Source of the DNA: the human T2T-CHM13v2.0 reference genome, Homo sapiens
Length of the DNA: 64,000 bases
Reading direction: 5' to 3'
NCBI GenBank assembly: GCA_009914755.4
Contig: CP068257.2
Location: 30,240,001-30,304,000 of the forward strand
Made by a program: the position numbers and the translations under genes. Below the pieces are notes generated by a model. The model saw nothing but the letters and a program-made list of their open reading frames with translations. It was not told the origin of the DNA and searched no databases. Below, one piece after another: positions 1 to 14,361 of this stretch (its first letter is position 1; every line of letters begins with the position of its first letter).

Positions 1-1407
1 TTCTTTAGACAGTTGCTGGACATCTATTCTGCTGGCACCACGCTAGTTACCATTCCCCTCCCATGCAACTGTCCTGTTAAGATTTGATTACTGAATTAGA
101 GACATTAAAAGGATTGAATGAACGTTACTGAAATAGTCAAGGCCGGTGGGAGCAAAGAAGTCCCTTCAGCACAGCAAGAAAAACATTTTAAGCTGTATCT
201 TTAATATTGGTAAACGGGAACAATGAGACAGAACAACAGAAAACGCAGTATGTTCCGTCATAATAACTGAGGCTGGTGACTTGTAACAGGTAGGTGGATG
301 AATATAGTAGCGTATTTAAAATTAGATGTATTGAAAGCAGGCATTTCTCTGCGTCCCTCTTCAGATGGGTCAGCGAGACCCCCAGACACTGGATTGATGA
401 CAGCTGTTGTTCCCCCACCCCCCACTCCCAATCTCAAAGCATTGCTATGGGTCGATGTCATACTTGTTTACTCAGGAATAAACAATGAAAGGAACTTTGT
501 TAGGACCAAATCCTTCCTTTCAGCTCTGATGTTGCATGATCGGGGTGAAGTTTCCATCAAATGCGGGCACCTCAACAGGTAGCATTTTGTAAATGCCTCC
601 TCCTACCTACCCTCCTCCTTCTCCCTCACAAGATTCTTCATTTTCGGTTTGAGAAGACGTTGGGGATCCTGGGAGAGGGTCCAGTGTCGTCAGGGCAGTT
701 GCAATTGTTTATGCGATGAGCACAGTCACAGCGCTTGCAGAACAAAAGCATCGAAGAGAGGCGAGCGCCGGTCCACCTCCTGCAATCACAGGCATCATTT
801 CAATGGAAGGCAAAGAAGGTGTAAGCTACAAGCAGAGGCAGCAAACGCCCTGGTTCCTACATTGCTGCTGCTACTATTACTGCTGTGGCTGCGCCTCCTC
901 CAACACAGCCAACCAGGCTGCGTGCGAGCCCGGGCAGACGCCTGGCCGCCTCCCCACCCTTTCTTCCAGCCATCCATCTATCCTTCCACCCCCGGTCCAG
1001 GGGGCCCTACTGTGTGGCGGACTCAGGGCCGGGCACGCAACCCGACTCACAGTCCACGGAGTTCGAGAGCCTTCCCCCTTCCCCCCGCCCCGGGTGGGTG
1101 CGGCCAGTGGGGGATTTCACCGCCGAAAGGTCCAGAAAACCCAAGCCCAGAATCCGGGCAAGAGGCGCAGCCGGAGGCGGCCCGACCTGGGCGGCCCGGG
1201 AGCGCGCGCCTCCGAGGCCGCGCAGGTTCTCCCTGTCTGGCGCTCAGGTGGCTTCTCCGTCCACTCCGCCGCTCCCCTCCCCGGGCCCTCCCCTCTCCAG
1301 CGAGGGTCGAGTTTGACTGTGGCGCGCGGGGAAGGAGGGGCTACTAGGGATTTGAAAGTGCACGGGCTGCGGAGTGGAGCTCGCATCTGTTCCCGCCGCC
1401 CGCGAGC

Positions 1408-1422
1408 GGATTAAATTTCTGC
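1408..1422 (+). promoter_or_regulatory. AT-rich TATA-like patch (ggATTAAATttctgc) inside the CpG island; candidate core-promoter element
   Basis: Isolated AT-rich motif in otherwise >75% GC sequence, ~580 bp upstream of the ATG. The TSS cannot be determined from sequence. Confidence 0.15.
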
Positions 1423-1699
1423 AAATTCAAACTGAATGGGGCTTTCTTCTGCTGCCTTCCAGAGGGCGCCGGCAGCCCGCCGCGCGCTTCTCTCCGGCGG
1501 GAGCGGCCGCCCAGCGCACGGCTAGGAGCGATCGCGGGAGCCCGACCCAAGCCCGTGCGGGCCAGACGGCGGCGGCGAGGCGGAGGCTGCGGAGGCACCC
1601 GGGCTCCCGGACCCAGGCACCCGGACCCCGGGACCCAGGCGCCGCCGGACCGCGCCCCACCCCGCGCGCCCGAGCAGGGCGACTGTCATTAGCTTCCTG

Positions 1700-1780
1700 G
1701 ACGGGACCCGGGGCGGGATCCTGGTGTCCTGAAAGGGGCCCGGGCGACCCTAAGAGGAAGAACTTTTGGGGGCGGGGTCC
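1700..1780 (+). promoter_or_regulatory. Sp1-type GC boxes (GGGGCGGG at 1710-1717, GGGGGCGGGG at 1768-1777) upstream of the ATG
   Basis: Motifs read directly from the sequence. Typical of TATA-less CpG-island promoters. Function not shown. Confidence 0.35.
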
Positions 1781-1998
1781 CCGGTCCCGCGTCCCCTGGG
1801 CAGCCGCTATTGTCTGCGCGCCTCGCTGGGCGGCGCGGGGGGCGTGATCGCGGCGGCCCCGGGCTCTGGGTGCGGAGACCCAGGCGGGGCTGGGCCCAGG
1901 GCGGCGGCGGGAGAAGCCGGGGAAGCCGAAGAGCCTGGGGAGGAGGAGCTGCGAGCGCGGGAGACGAGCAGGAGCCGCGCGGGCCGCGGGCGAGCGCG

Positions 1999-2259
1999 AT
2001 GCCGGCGGCGGCGGGGGACGGGCTCCTGGGGGAGCCGGCGGCGCCTGGGGGCGGCGGCGGCGCGGAGGACGCGGCCAGGCCCGCGGCGGCCTGCGAGGGA
2101 AGTTTCCTGCCTGCCTGGGTGAGCGGCGTGCCCCGCGAGCGGCTCCGCGACTTCCAGCACCACAAGCGCGTGGGCAACTACCTCATCGGCAGCAGGAAGC
2201 TGGGCGAGGGCTCCTTTGCCAAGGTGCGCGAGGGGCTGCACGTGCTGACCGGGGAGAAG
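1999..2259 (+). CDS. HUNK: Coding part of exon 1 of a Ser/Thr kinase (87 codons, phase 0 end), MPAAAGDG...LGEGSFAKVREGLHVLTGEK; glycine-loop subdomain I
   Basis: ATG at 1999 (G at -3) lies in the open frame of track ORF 1810..2715, which itself starts at a TTG. The peptide carries the kinase GxGxxA motif LGEGSFAKV. The frame ends on a complete codon (AAG) followed by donor GTGAGT at 2260-2265. The frame is continuous with exon 2. Confidence 0.85.
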
Positions 2260-2849
2260 GTGAGTCTCCCGGGCGCCGTGGGGCTGGGGCACAGGGGCGG
2301 GAGTCGGCGGCCAGGACCCCGCGGGGAGCACTGCACTGGGAGTCCCAGTGTGCAGTCCCGGGCCAAGCGCCTTCCCCCTCCGCCCGGCTTTCCTGTTGGG
2401 TTAAAACGCGCGCTCAGCATCTCGCAGCCTTTCCCGAAGGGCGGCCTGCGGTCCGCTGCCCGGGGGCTGGGGGCTTGGGAGGGGACGGCCTTGCCCCGGG
2501 AAGCGTCCCGCGCGGCCGTTCTGCTCGTGGAAGGGCGCCGCCTGGCGGACACTAGCGCGGGGGGCGGGATGGGGCCCCTCTGCCCTTCAGGCCGGCAGGG
2601 GCGGCGGATCCGTGGCGAGGCGGGAACCAGGGCTAGAGGAGGTGGGCTCTTATGTCGGGGGGCGGGGGGGGCAGGAAAGCTAACAGCCAGCCTCTGGGGG
2701 GAGCTTAGAGTCTGATCCCCGTCCTGGGCTCTCGGAGGAGGTGGGAGAAGGCTGAGATCCTGCATTCCTTCCCACCTGTGGGCTCCGGCAGCTAGGGAAT
2801 GTTTTTTGGCAGTTAGGGAATTTTTCGTGCTCAGAGGAGGGTTTTTGCC

Positions 2850-3000
2850 TCCGCCCTCCACTTGTCCATCCCTCAACCTGTGCTCCTCTCTATCCACTCA
2901 ACCCTCCCACCCCTGCCCCCTCATCACCCACCATTCTCATCCCCGCCATTCTCATCCCCTTCTCTCCGTTCCCCCAGCTCCTCTGTGCCCTCCAGCCTCA
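2850..3000 (+). repeat. C/T-rich polypyrimidine low-complexity tract in intron 1, ~600 bp past the exon 1 donor
   Basis: ccctcc / catccc / ctcatc-type runs with almost no purines. Confidence 0.6.
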
Positions 3001-3888
3001 GGGTGGGAGCTGCAGTGAAGACCCTGCTACTGGCAGGAACAGAACTACAGATACCTCCCCCCAGAGACTGGGAGATGCCTTCTTATCTTTCTAGAAGAGG
3101 GGAAAGGAAAGGGGACCTCCGCGAGACCAAAAGGGGCACCTCTCCAGCCTTGTTGGAAGTTAGATGGTTGTGAACCCTTGCCAGGCGAGGGGCAGGTAAG
3201 ATGGAAGGTGTAACTTAGAGCTGTGAGAAGAAACCCAAGAGCTTGGTGACTCGCTTTTGAGGCCGGGTCACCCCAGGCTGGAGCTGCCCGAGCTCAGAGC
3301 CAATCCAGGCTGGAGCTGTCCCAAGCTCCTGTCATCTCGGGCTCAAGACTGCCCCCAGGCTGGGGGTGGCTCAAACCTGGAGGGGGACCAGCTCCTTTGT
3401 GTGGTCCGTGGGTCAGGGAGGCGTCAGCCGCAAGGAGGGAAGGCGGAGTTCACTTCCCAACCGAGCAGGTGGCCTGGGAGCCGAGCCCTCTGCCTTCCGA
3501 CCTGGGGGCCTCTGCCCAGCCTGGGGCTGCCCTGTGAAACCCCTGGTCACAGGGCCAACCTGCCCTTCCTGCCTGTCTCTAGCCTCACCCCACCTGTGGT
3601 TCCCTCCCCACCCCATTTCCCCTCTTTGTCTTGGAGCCTTTTGCCTGTGAATGCAGGTCTCCGTCACCCTTGTCATTTTCCCTGTGTTCCCTACAGCCGT
3701 TTTGAGTGAGGCACCGCTTTATTATGGGTATGTGGGGATAGAGTGAGTAGTTTTTAGAAGTGCCTCCTGCCTGAATTCCCATGCAAAAAAGGAGCGTTCA
3801 GTATGAACTTGAGTAAGTCTTCAAAGAAAAAGGAAAAACCTCCAAACCTCGTTCTAGTCCGCAGGGAGCGAGGCACACTTACACTCCT

Positions 3889-3910
3889 CGATTCGATTCG
3901 ATTCGATTCG
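3889..3910. repeat. (ATTCG)4 pentanucleotide microsatellite
   Basis: cgattcgattcgattcgattcg read directly from the sequence. Confidence 0.8.
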
Positions 3911-5139
3911 TAGTGAGCTGTCTGACTTCCACACTGCGGGTCCGTTCAGGGCGCGAGGATGCGGCTAATTAGAGTGAGCTCTCTTCTTCTGGCCCTGTGT
4001 AAATTCCTGTTGGCACTGGCGATGGAAGTTTATTTTCATTGGAAACGTATAGGATTCAGGCTGGTTGTGCATATTTCCTCTCTAAACATAACGGAAAGAA
4101 GCGAGTCTTTATGCTCACAACGTCATGGCAAACACTGCAAGTACATTCTTCTCGCCTGCCCTGGTGCACAGACTTCTTTTCTGGCTGCTCTCCACCTTGC
4201 TGTGTTGTGCTGTGCCTCTGGCTCTGTAGCGGCGCATTTTTGCACCATAAAACTCTTGGCTTTGGCTGAACTGCCTGGGGGTGGATTCAGAGCTCAGCCA
4301 GCGCTTGGGTTCTGGAGCTCTGTGCTGGGCCCACTGGGAACCCCGACATGCAGGGAATTCTTGCCCAAATAGGATTCACATGAAGAGACTCGCTGCTTCC
4401 CCAGATGCCCACTCCCCTTCCCTCCCATCTTATGTTTCTTAAATGATGAATCTCACTTCATTGTTGCAATGACAGGAGATGTTAATTGGATGTAAAATTA
4501 TTCCCCTGGACCCATTGGTGGACTGCGGGTAAGGATGGTGGTTCTTTGGGTGGAGAAGGAGGCAGGGGAGAGATGTCTGTGTTGAAAAACTTGGTTTTCC
4601 CGGGATGCTCCTCCCCAGCGGGGAGAATCAGTGCTCCAGGGATTGCGGGCATTGGGAGAAATCTGGATTTTAGTTCACTCAATTGCTGGCTTTAAAGAAA
4701 CAATGGTGTCATTCATAGCATTTATCTCCCAAATCCAGCACCTTTAATGCTTAACTAATAGATTTGGGTTTTAGCAGATTGTGGGGATTAAAATGGTTGT
4801 GTGTGTATGCTTGACTCTGAGAAAGATTGCTAAATTAAAATGAGTCCTCATTCCCACTCTAGTTTTGGGTATTGCCTAACTAAGGCCAAAACAAAGATGA
4901 CCACAGCCTCAGGCTATTTACAACCTGAAGTTCTTTTAAAAGGTGAGCTACTAAGATGATTTTGGCCTGGGGAAAGTTTCCTCCAGTGAGCAGAGCTGAG
5001 GAAAAGGAGGTCATTAAGCCTCCAGTGTCCCCCACTGTGGGTGACCCAGGGAGGCCTCTCTCCCTCATTAATTCCTCTTTTCTTGGGTTGTGTACATTTT
5101 GGATTTAGAATTTCACTTTTCTCCTGTCCTATCTATTTA

Positions 5140-5284
<145 letters not shown>

Positions 5285-6275
5285 TAAAGGATCCATTCCA
5301 CATTAGGCGGGGAATGAAGTCATTAATACTGTAGTGAGAAGTACTCCCAGCCCACGTGGAGTGAAAGGATTCAGGGCAGCTTGTCTTGGGAAATCAGTCC
5401 ATGAAAAAGCTGAAAGAGGGCATAGGGAAACAGAAGTTGAGAGGGCACCCCAAGTTTGGCCTGCTTCATAGCTGCATTCTCAAACTGTGAGAATTAGTTT
5501 TGGGTGATTTGTGCTAAAATCTAGGGCATTGCTGGTTGAAGGCATTTGGTATGGGGGGGTGTGTGTGTGTGTAGCGTGTTGTGTTTCGACTTGGTTACAC
5601 TTCCAAAAAGCTTTGGGTGAAATCCTTCATGGTTTGCTGGGAATCACTGTCTGAGTCCAGATGACAAAGGGAGCCAGTTTTTCCCAACTTTCCTTTTAGG
5701 TTTCAATTTGATCTCATCAAGAGGCTGCTTTTGCCACCACTGCCTGTAGGACAATCTTTTGCCTGCTTTTCCTCTGAAGTTGTTTGTTTAGAAGCCATTT
5801 GAATCTAGATGGCTCTTTTACTGCTTGTAAAGGAAAGATGGCTTGCGGCTGAGACCTAATTGTGTCCTCCTTTGAGTTAATGCAATCTCTGTTAATCTGG
5901 CTTTAAAAATAAATAGTTCACTTGGCCATGTGAAACTCTTAATAGGTACCTTCACAGTCAGGGCTGAGTGTCTTTGACCAAAGTTGATGATTAGACCAGG
6001 GAAAATGATCACAAAACCAGATTCTGAAAAGTACCACTCTCTGGCTTTGAGACGAAGAGCAAAGCTGTTGAGCAACAGTATGGGGTAATGACTTTGAAAC
6101 ACCTGGAGTGGTTGTGCTTGCAGAGCCTGGTATTGATTTGTGATACCTATGAGAGGCGTGGTCTCTGGCACATAACAAGTGCCCCCCGCCCTGGCCCCCA
6201 ACCAGACAGAGTGACTTGGGGGCTGCTGCATGATCAGATAATATCATCTGTCGACAGAATAAGGAAAGTGACTTA

Positions 6276-6615
<340 letters not shown>

Positions 6616-6776
6616 TTAAATTTCCATAAACGTTAAACTTTAAATGAAGCAACTTAGAAACCACGTATAATGTTTCTAATACAGACATTATAAATAATGT
6701 TTGTAAGGAATCAGTAAAACAATGGTCCTTTATCATCAGCAATATATTTGGATAATTCCTTAGAAGTTTGGTTTAG

Positions 6777-6990
6777 TGGCTGGACGCGGTGGCTCATGCC
6801 TGTAATCCCAGCACTTTGGGAGGCCGAAGTGGGTGGATCATTTGAGGTCAGGAGTTTGAGACCAGCCTGGCCAACATGGAGAAACCCCATCTCTACTAAA
6901 AACACAAAAATTAGCTGGGTGTGGTGGTGCACACCTGTAGTCCCAGCTACTTGGGTGGCTGACACATGAGAATTGCTTGAACCCTGGTGA
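6777..6990 (+). mobile_element. Alu truncated in its right arm, no polyA
   Basis: Alu consensus runs up to gaattgcttgaaccc, then non-Alu sequence related to 6125-6180. Confidence 0.8.
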
Positions 6991-8621
6991 TGGTTCGTGA
7001 TACCTACAAGAGGCATGGTCTCTGGCACATGACAGGTTATTGTGTTTTGTAAAAAATTGATAAAAGTTGAAAAAATATAGTTGGAAAAGCTGAATCGAGA
7101 AAAGAGTAGGTGTATCTCAGGTATTGAGCCAGTGTTGTAGGCAGGCAAACTACAGAACAAGAACAGACAGTCCATGCCACTGTTACCTTTTTTGTGATTG
7201 AGTCTCACTGAGATACAAAGTTGAGTACATAAAATGATTGGTTAAGATGTTGAAATATCTTGTTCTAACCCTTGGTTAAAGAATAATAAGCCGGCTTGTC
7301 ACTTCCATCAGAACTATTTTTAGGCTAAGAGTAAGGGTTGCCTGCTTACTAAGTTGCCAGTAATCATGCTTAGAGCATGACAGTGCCAGATACCTGGAGT
7401 GAAGGAGTTACTAAAAATACGATTTACTATGTTTTGCAGAGCAAGAAATATGACTAATTTTAGAGGTGGCCTTTTGGCAGATCTGTTTTTAGCAAGTATT
7501 TCTGAAACAAACAGGTGCTAAATCCTGTATTTTTGAAGTGCTAGAAGTTTAGGGGTAATCGCTCTGAGGAACAAGAAATGCTTAGAGAACTGGAAATTCC
7601 TATTAATCCTTGGCAGGGACTTCTTGGCAAGAAGGAGGCATTTGCAAAGCACCTGCTTGGTGAGCCCTGTGTGACAAGGCAGTGCCTGTAATTTCGAGGA
7701 TTGCATTCTGCAGTTGCAGGCGGATTCTTTTGAACTTCCTGCCCTGCCTCATCTTTTTGAAGTACTTGTGAATGATGGAAATTGGCACGTAGGGCCTGGT
7801 TCCTAGTGTTCATTGATACAGGTCCCATGGACTTCAAAGGGTGCTTTGAGTCAGCGCAACAGTGCAGAAACGGTGCCCACGGAGAGGAGTACAACCCTAC
7901 ATTTTCTCTGCAGGTGTTGAGTCACGGCTATAGCTACCCGTGCATACCAATCCGACTCAGGTCTGTGAGACTATAGAATTCTGCATGCTGCCAGCTATTG
8001 GAGGTCAGCGCGGCAATCATCTGTCCCAGGGTTTATCTGCCCAGAAGGGGTGGGGAGTGGCAGCCATGTGCCCCCGAAGAGAGGGACAGGTTGGGGTGTT
8101 CTCCATGGGAAGGAGGCTTGGGCACAGGGTTATCATTTGCCTTGGGACATATATTCCCTCTGTCGATTATTTATGGTAACGGAGAGACCTGCTCTCTTGG
8201 CTAATTGAAACCCGTAGATAATCCCCAGGCCTTATGTTAGCTGATGGGTGAAACTTCTTTCTCTACTCAGCCCTGGTCTAAGTACTGACCTGAATTGAAT
8301 TTCACGCTTTCTGATAGGAGGTGCCACTGGGTGGTACGATGACCAGCAGGAAAGAGCTAGAAACACAGGGACTGAATAGTCCCCGAGGAGGGGGATGCCT
8401 CTGTGAATTCGAGACAGCTGTTCCCTCTCCTCCATCACCAGCACCAGCCCAGTGCTACAGTGTTTTACGGTTTTTTTCAGGGTGCCCCTCCCGTGCACAT
8501 TCTTGTTAGATGCCTGCAGCAGCCCTGGTGGAGGGGGTAACAGCCAGCTTGCTGGTGTTCTTGCCTGCCTTGATTACGTAGAAGGGTGCCCTGAGTAGAT
8601 CTTCTCTCTGACATTCTCTAT

Positions 8622-9080
8622 GAGTTTGCTAGGATGGTTCTAACAAATTACCACACACTGTGTGGCTTCAACAACAGAAATTTATTCTGTCACAGTTCTG
8701 GAGGCTAGGATCCAAAACCAAGGTGTTGGCAGGGCCATGCTCCCTCTGCAGCCACAGGGAGAATCCTTCCTTGCCTCTTACTAGCTTCCGGTGGTGGCCA
8801 GCACTCTTTGGCATTTTCTGGCTTATGACTGCAGCGCTCTGTCTCTGCGTCTGTCTTCACACAGTGTTCCTCCCTCTGAGTGTCTCTTCTGTCTCTTAAT
8901 CTTTTCCTATGTCTCTTTATAAGGACACCAGTCATGGGATGTAGGTCTACCCTAATCCAGTGTTGCCTCATTTTAACTCGATGACATCTACAAAGTCCCT
9001 ATTTTCAAAGAAGATCATATCCACAGGTACCAACGGGACTTGAAGGTATCTTTTGGGGGAGCATAGTTCAAGCTCCAGCA
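8622..9080 (+). mobile_element. Ancient LTR-like repeat (TG...CA; MaLR/ERVL-type, family not resolved), copy 1 of 12
   Basis: ...ccacacactgtgtggcttcaacaacagaaatttattctgtcacagttctggaggctag...ctttataaggacaccagtcatgggat... is shared with the 11 other copies listed below. Confidence 0.55.
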
Positions 9081-9559
9081 CCTTTTTAGACTGTCAGTAT
9101 TGGGTTGTGGCAAGCGGATCTTGGGAAGGAGATGAATGTGCTTTTAGGGATTACTCTCAGAACTGACCTCTGCAAGGGAAGGGGCAAAGCAGCACTGGGC
9201 AGAGGGAGAAGCTGGGCTCCAATACCGCTCTCAGCCAAAGCCCCTGCCCATGCCGTGGTGAGTGCTGGAGCTGAGCTGGCCCTTCAGAGCTGACCAACTT
9301 GGGTTGAGAGGACTGGGATTTATATTTCCGCATCGGCCAGTCCTTGATGGGGGCTGCCCAGGCAAGGGGCATGGCCTCGTACGGGACAGTTGCTGAGGGC
9401 GGTTCCTGGGGAGAGCTCACAGCTGAGAGCCTGCAGCTGGGGGAGTCAGTTCTTCAGCACTGATGGGGAATCTGGGGGTGCAGCCCAGCATTTGCTGTTT
9501 ACTGAAAGAGACAGGGTCAGAGTCCAGGGCTTTTCATCTGAGTCCATACCATATGGACC

Positions 9560-10115
<556 letters not shown>

Positions 10116-10854
10116 GGTCTCTCTCCCTGCAATGAGGGAGCAGCCGGCGTGGCATCTCATTAGCAGATTCTATGTGCCACACGCTGGGGAATTTTCTGGC
10201 CTCACATTTCTCTTAGGTTAGAATCATCAGGGCTCTGTTGTGTTTCTCAGTACTTACAAGATTGAAAGCTCACTTTATATGTATGCTCTATGGGTTTTTT
10301 CCTGAGAACTCTGGGGCAACTGAGTGTTGGGCCAAGTTGTGGGCCAGCATGCCTACTTCAGAGACGGTGGCACTTTCCTGGGAAGAGACCCCCCCTCCCC
10401 CATCACTCGTGAGTGGTGGGAAAAGTTGTTGAAGGAGTTGTGGGAATTTGGATTTTTGATGAGTAGAGTAACAGTTTGGGACATTCTCATGGACAAAAAA
10501 AACTACTCAGGGTAGAGCCATCTGTTAACATCCTCTTAGCACTCTTACGGTGGCCACTGTGCCCTAGCTATGCAACTTCTAATCACTGGGTTCTTTTTGG
10601 TTTTTAATCATCTTTGTGTTTTCAAGATGCATTTGGTTAAGTTTTGGAATTGGTAATACAGACACATGGTCTGAAATTCAAAGGTTCTGAGAGGGTTTGC
10701 AGTGAGAGGTAACTGCTTCTTATCTGGACTCTTCAGTTCCTGGATCTTCTCGTGAGAGGTCACTCCTCCTTCTAGTCCTTGTGTATCCCTCCAGAGATAC
10801 CCTATATGCATAGAGACCCACATACATATTTGTAAATGCGTAGGTAGGGGCAGA

Positions 10855-11142
10855 TTTTTCTTCTTTATTGATACATAATATTTTACATATTTATGGGGTA
10901 CATGTGAGTGTTCCATGCATGGAGTGTGTAATGATCAAGCCAGAGTATCGGCGTGTCCATCACCTAAGTATTCATTTCCACGGGTTGGTATTATATCAAG
11001 TCCTCTGTTCTAGTTACCTTGAAATATACAAAGTATTGCTACTAAGTATAGTCACCCTAACAGACATTAGAATTTAGTTCTTCTATCTATGTATGTTTGT
11101 ACCCATGAACCAGCTTCTCTTCATCCATCCCTCCCACCCACC
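10855..11142 (+). mobile_element. Old L1 (L1M/L1P-type) 3'-end fragment
   Basis: tatttatggggtacatgtg...gtgtaatgatcaag...ccatcacct...gaaatatacaaagtattgctactaagtatagtcaccct...tgtacccatgaacc is the conserved L1 3' motif series as I recall it. Confidence 0.55.
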
Positions 11143-12635
11143 AGGGCAGATGTATTTTTAAACTGTACATGCTGTTCATTATCTTGCTTTTTCACTTAGC
11201 AATATGTCTTGAGCATTCTTCCCCATGACTACTACAGAATTGCCTCACTCTTTATGTTAATTAGTTATTGCATAGTAGTCATTGTGTGGAAGTATCATGT
11301 TGACTTAACCATCCCTTGTTGATGGACATTTAGGGAGTACATAATTTTTTTTTTTTTGTTATTCTCAAACCATACTTCAGTAAATATCCATGACCATTTG
11401 TCACTTTGTAAATGTGACCCCTCAGTGTATCTGAGGGGTAAATTCCTAGTCTTAGGCCAAAAGGTATGTCTATTTTAACTGTTGATAAGTATTGCCAAAT
11501 TGCCTGCCATAGAGGTTGGCAATTTATAATCACATTGATAACCCTTATAATTTATAAGGGTTCCCAACTTATAACCACACCCATCTGGTATGGGAGTGTT
11601 TGCTTTTCCACATGTCAGCCAACAGGGTACTCATTTTGATCTTTGCCAATCGAGTGTATTAAACATGGTATCTTGTCTTATTTATTGTTTCTCTTATTTA
11701 CATGGGAATTGAGTATATTTTCATACCTTCTCAACTGTTTGTACTTCATTTCTGTTCATTGTTCATGTCCATTCGCCAATTTTCTTTTGGGGTTTTGGCC
11801 TTTTTCTTATTGATTTATAGGAGCTCTTTATATATTAAGGAAATTAGTCGTCTTTGAGTGATATATTTTGCAGTGTCTACCACCTTCCCTCGCTCCCCAT
11901 TATTCTTTCTCTTTTTCTTTGTGGTTCTTGCCATTTGCAGAAGTTATTTCTTGGGAGTTCATGAACTAGAGAAGGATAATTGATAAGTTTTGGAGGTCTA
12001 TGGAGCCCTATCAATTGTGTGCATGTAAACATATTTCTGAGGAGAGGGTCCATGGGTTTCGTCATACTCTAAATGGAGTTATTTACCTCTAAAATATTAA
12101 GAGCCACTGCTTTGTTGCCCACCCTTGTTGGCTCTGCTGACTAAATGGAAGTCTGCAGATTACTGGGCTGAGGGTTTGGGTCACCTTGGTTTGTTAACAC
12201 CGGTGCCAGTTGGGCTACAGTTGTAGATTATACACACTCAGGCTAGGCAGGTTGGTTCTGCAACCATGACCCTGGAGTAAGCACCCTTGATTCTGCCCCG
12301 ACCCTTACCATGCCTGGATTGCAAGGGAGAGGCATGATACTGTGTGGGATGGTCTTTGGAAATCTTTGACTCTTGCTGGTTTAAGTAAGACAACTGTGAG
12401 TCCATGTCCCATCATCTCTTCATGGGAAAGGTGGTACCATTTATGGTGGATGGTTGCTATGATCAGAATGTTTGTGTCCCCCAAAATTCTTTTGTTGAAA
12501 TTCAAACCTCCAGTGTGATGGTATTTGGAGATGGGGCCTTTGGGAGGTGATGAGATCTACCCTCATGAATGGGATTAGTGCCCTTATAAAAGGTGCCTGA
12601 CTGAGGTTGCAGTGAAAAAATAAAAAAATAAAAAA

Positions 12636-12938
<303 letters not shown>

Positions 12939-13098
12939 GGGTGCCTAAAGGAGCTTGTTTGTCCTTCCACCATATGAGGACTCAGTGAAAAGGTGCCATT
13001 TCTATGAGCCAGAAAACACGCCCTCATCAGACACTGGATCTGCAGGTGTGTTAGGCTTAGACTTCACAGCCTCCAGAACTGTGAGAAAGACACGTCTC

Positions 13099-13401
13099 TT
13101 CTTTTTTTTTTCTTTTTTTTGATGGAGTGTCACTCTTTGTCGGCCAGGCTGGGGTGCAGTGGCACCCTCTTGGCTCACTGCAACCTCTGCCTTCTGGGTC
13201 AAGTGATTCTCCTGTCTCAGCCTCCCGAGTAGCTGGGACTACAGGTGCGTGCCACCACACCCGGCTAATTTTTGTATTTTTAGTAGAAATGGGGTTTTGC
13301 CTTGTTGGTCAGGCTGGTCTCGAACTCCTGACCTGAGGTGATCCACCCGCCTCGGCCTCCCAAAGTGCTGGGATTACAGGCACGAGTCATTGCGCCTGGC
13401 C
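13099..13401 (-). mobile_element. Full-length Alu (reverse), polyT at its left end
   Basis: tttttttt gatggagtgtcactctttgtcggccaggctgg...gcgcctggcc. Confidence 0.9.
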
Positions 13402-14060
13402 AAATTGTCTGTTCTTTATAAGGCATCCAGTCTATGGTATTATGGTACTATGTTACACCAGCCCAAGCTGACTAAGACAGTGGTTGAGAAGAAAGAGAAA
13501 GGGGGAATATCGAGGGAAATGAAAACCTTTCAAGGAGCAAGAGCCATTACGTAACTTGGACATAAAATGCACTAAGACAGGTATTAGTACATTAATGCGT
13601 GTGTGTGACAGTGCATGCGCCTTGGCACTCTTCGAGGGGCTCTGTCTATTTGAGATGCCCTCTGAGGAGCAGCCTTGGTGGGGCCGACAGGCGGCCCCTG
13701 CTGTTGGAATTCCTGTGGCCTCGGCCTGACGACCGTCTCTGAATGCCCTGTCCCCTGTCACTCTCTGCCCCTTCACTCTGCTTTGTCCCTCCTCACCACC
13801 TGGAGTGGTTTGCTAGAGCTGCCATAAGACAGCACCACAGACCCGGGGGCTGGAATAGCAAGGCCTTACTGTCTCTCATTCTGGAGGCTGGAAGTCCAAA
13901 ATCAAGGTGTTGGCAGGGTGGGTCCTTCTGAGGCTTGTGCAGGATGGATCTGTTCCATGCCCCTGTCCTCGGCTTATCCATGGCTGTCTTCTTCCTGTGT
14001 CTCTTTACATCGTCTGCCCTCCACGTGTGTCTGTCTCTCTGTCCAAATGTTCCCTTTTGT

Positions 14061-14361
14061 ATTTTTTTATTTTTTTGATACAGAGACTTGCTCTGTTGCC
14101 CAGGCTGTTGTGTAGTGGCACAATCTTGGCTCACTGCAATCTCTGCCTCCCAGGTTCAAGCGATTTTCCTGCCTCAGCCTCCTGAGTAGCTGGGATGACA
14201 GGCACGCGCCACCATACCCACCTAATTTTTGTATTTTTAGTAAAGACCATTTCACCACGTTGATCAAGCTGGTCTTGAACTCCTGACCTCGTGATCCACC
14301 CGTCTCAGCCTCCCAAAATGCTGGGATTACAGACTACAGACGTGAGCCACCACGCTTGGCC
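14061..14361 (-). mobile_element. Full-length Alu (reverse) with 13-bp TSD
   Basis: TSD atgttcccttttg at 14047-14059 and 14364-14376. Confidence 0.9.

Larger units (their letters stand above)
640..2760. promoter_or_regulatory. HUNK: CpG island covering the promoter, 5'UTR, coding exon 1 and the start of intron 1
   Basis: Very high GC and dense, unsuppressed CpG (e.g. 1180-2250). Flanks drop to CpG-poor, Alu-rich sequence. The ATG at 1999 lies inside it. Confidence 0.85.

Noticed and set aside
1810-1998. Apparent 63-aa N-terminal extension of the kinase (track ORF 1810..2715 starting 'MSARLAGRR').
   Set aside because: The track's 'M' at 1810 is a TTG, because the ORF caller uses bacterial alternative starts. 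There is no in-frame ATG between the upstream stop and 1999, and translation in a eukaryote would start at the ATG at 1999. The same caller artefact makes exon 2 appear to start with M at the GTG at 52651.
649-2897. Many long overlapping ORFs on both strands inside the GC-rich region (649..1347, 716..1414, 885..1316, 1374..1847, 1689..2177-, 1807..2331-, 2178..2897-).
   Set aside because: These are stop-codon-poor artefacts of a >75% GC CpG island. They are mutually overlapping, low-complexity and Pro/Arg/Gly/Ala-rich, with no coherent domain. Only the frame from the ATG at 1999 to the donor at 2260 is coding.
3959-4372. An ATG-initiated 137-codon ORF in non-repeat sequence with a hydrophobic, signal-peptide-like N-terminus.
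   Set aside because: It has no recognisable domain, no splice or polyA context and no codon-usage distinction from its surroundings. Chance ORFs of this length are expected in ~50% GC sequence of this size. It would take only a protein database or Ribo-seq hit to revive it.
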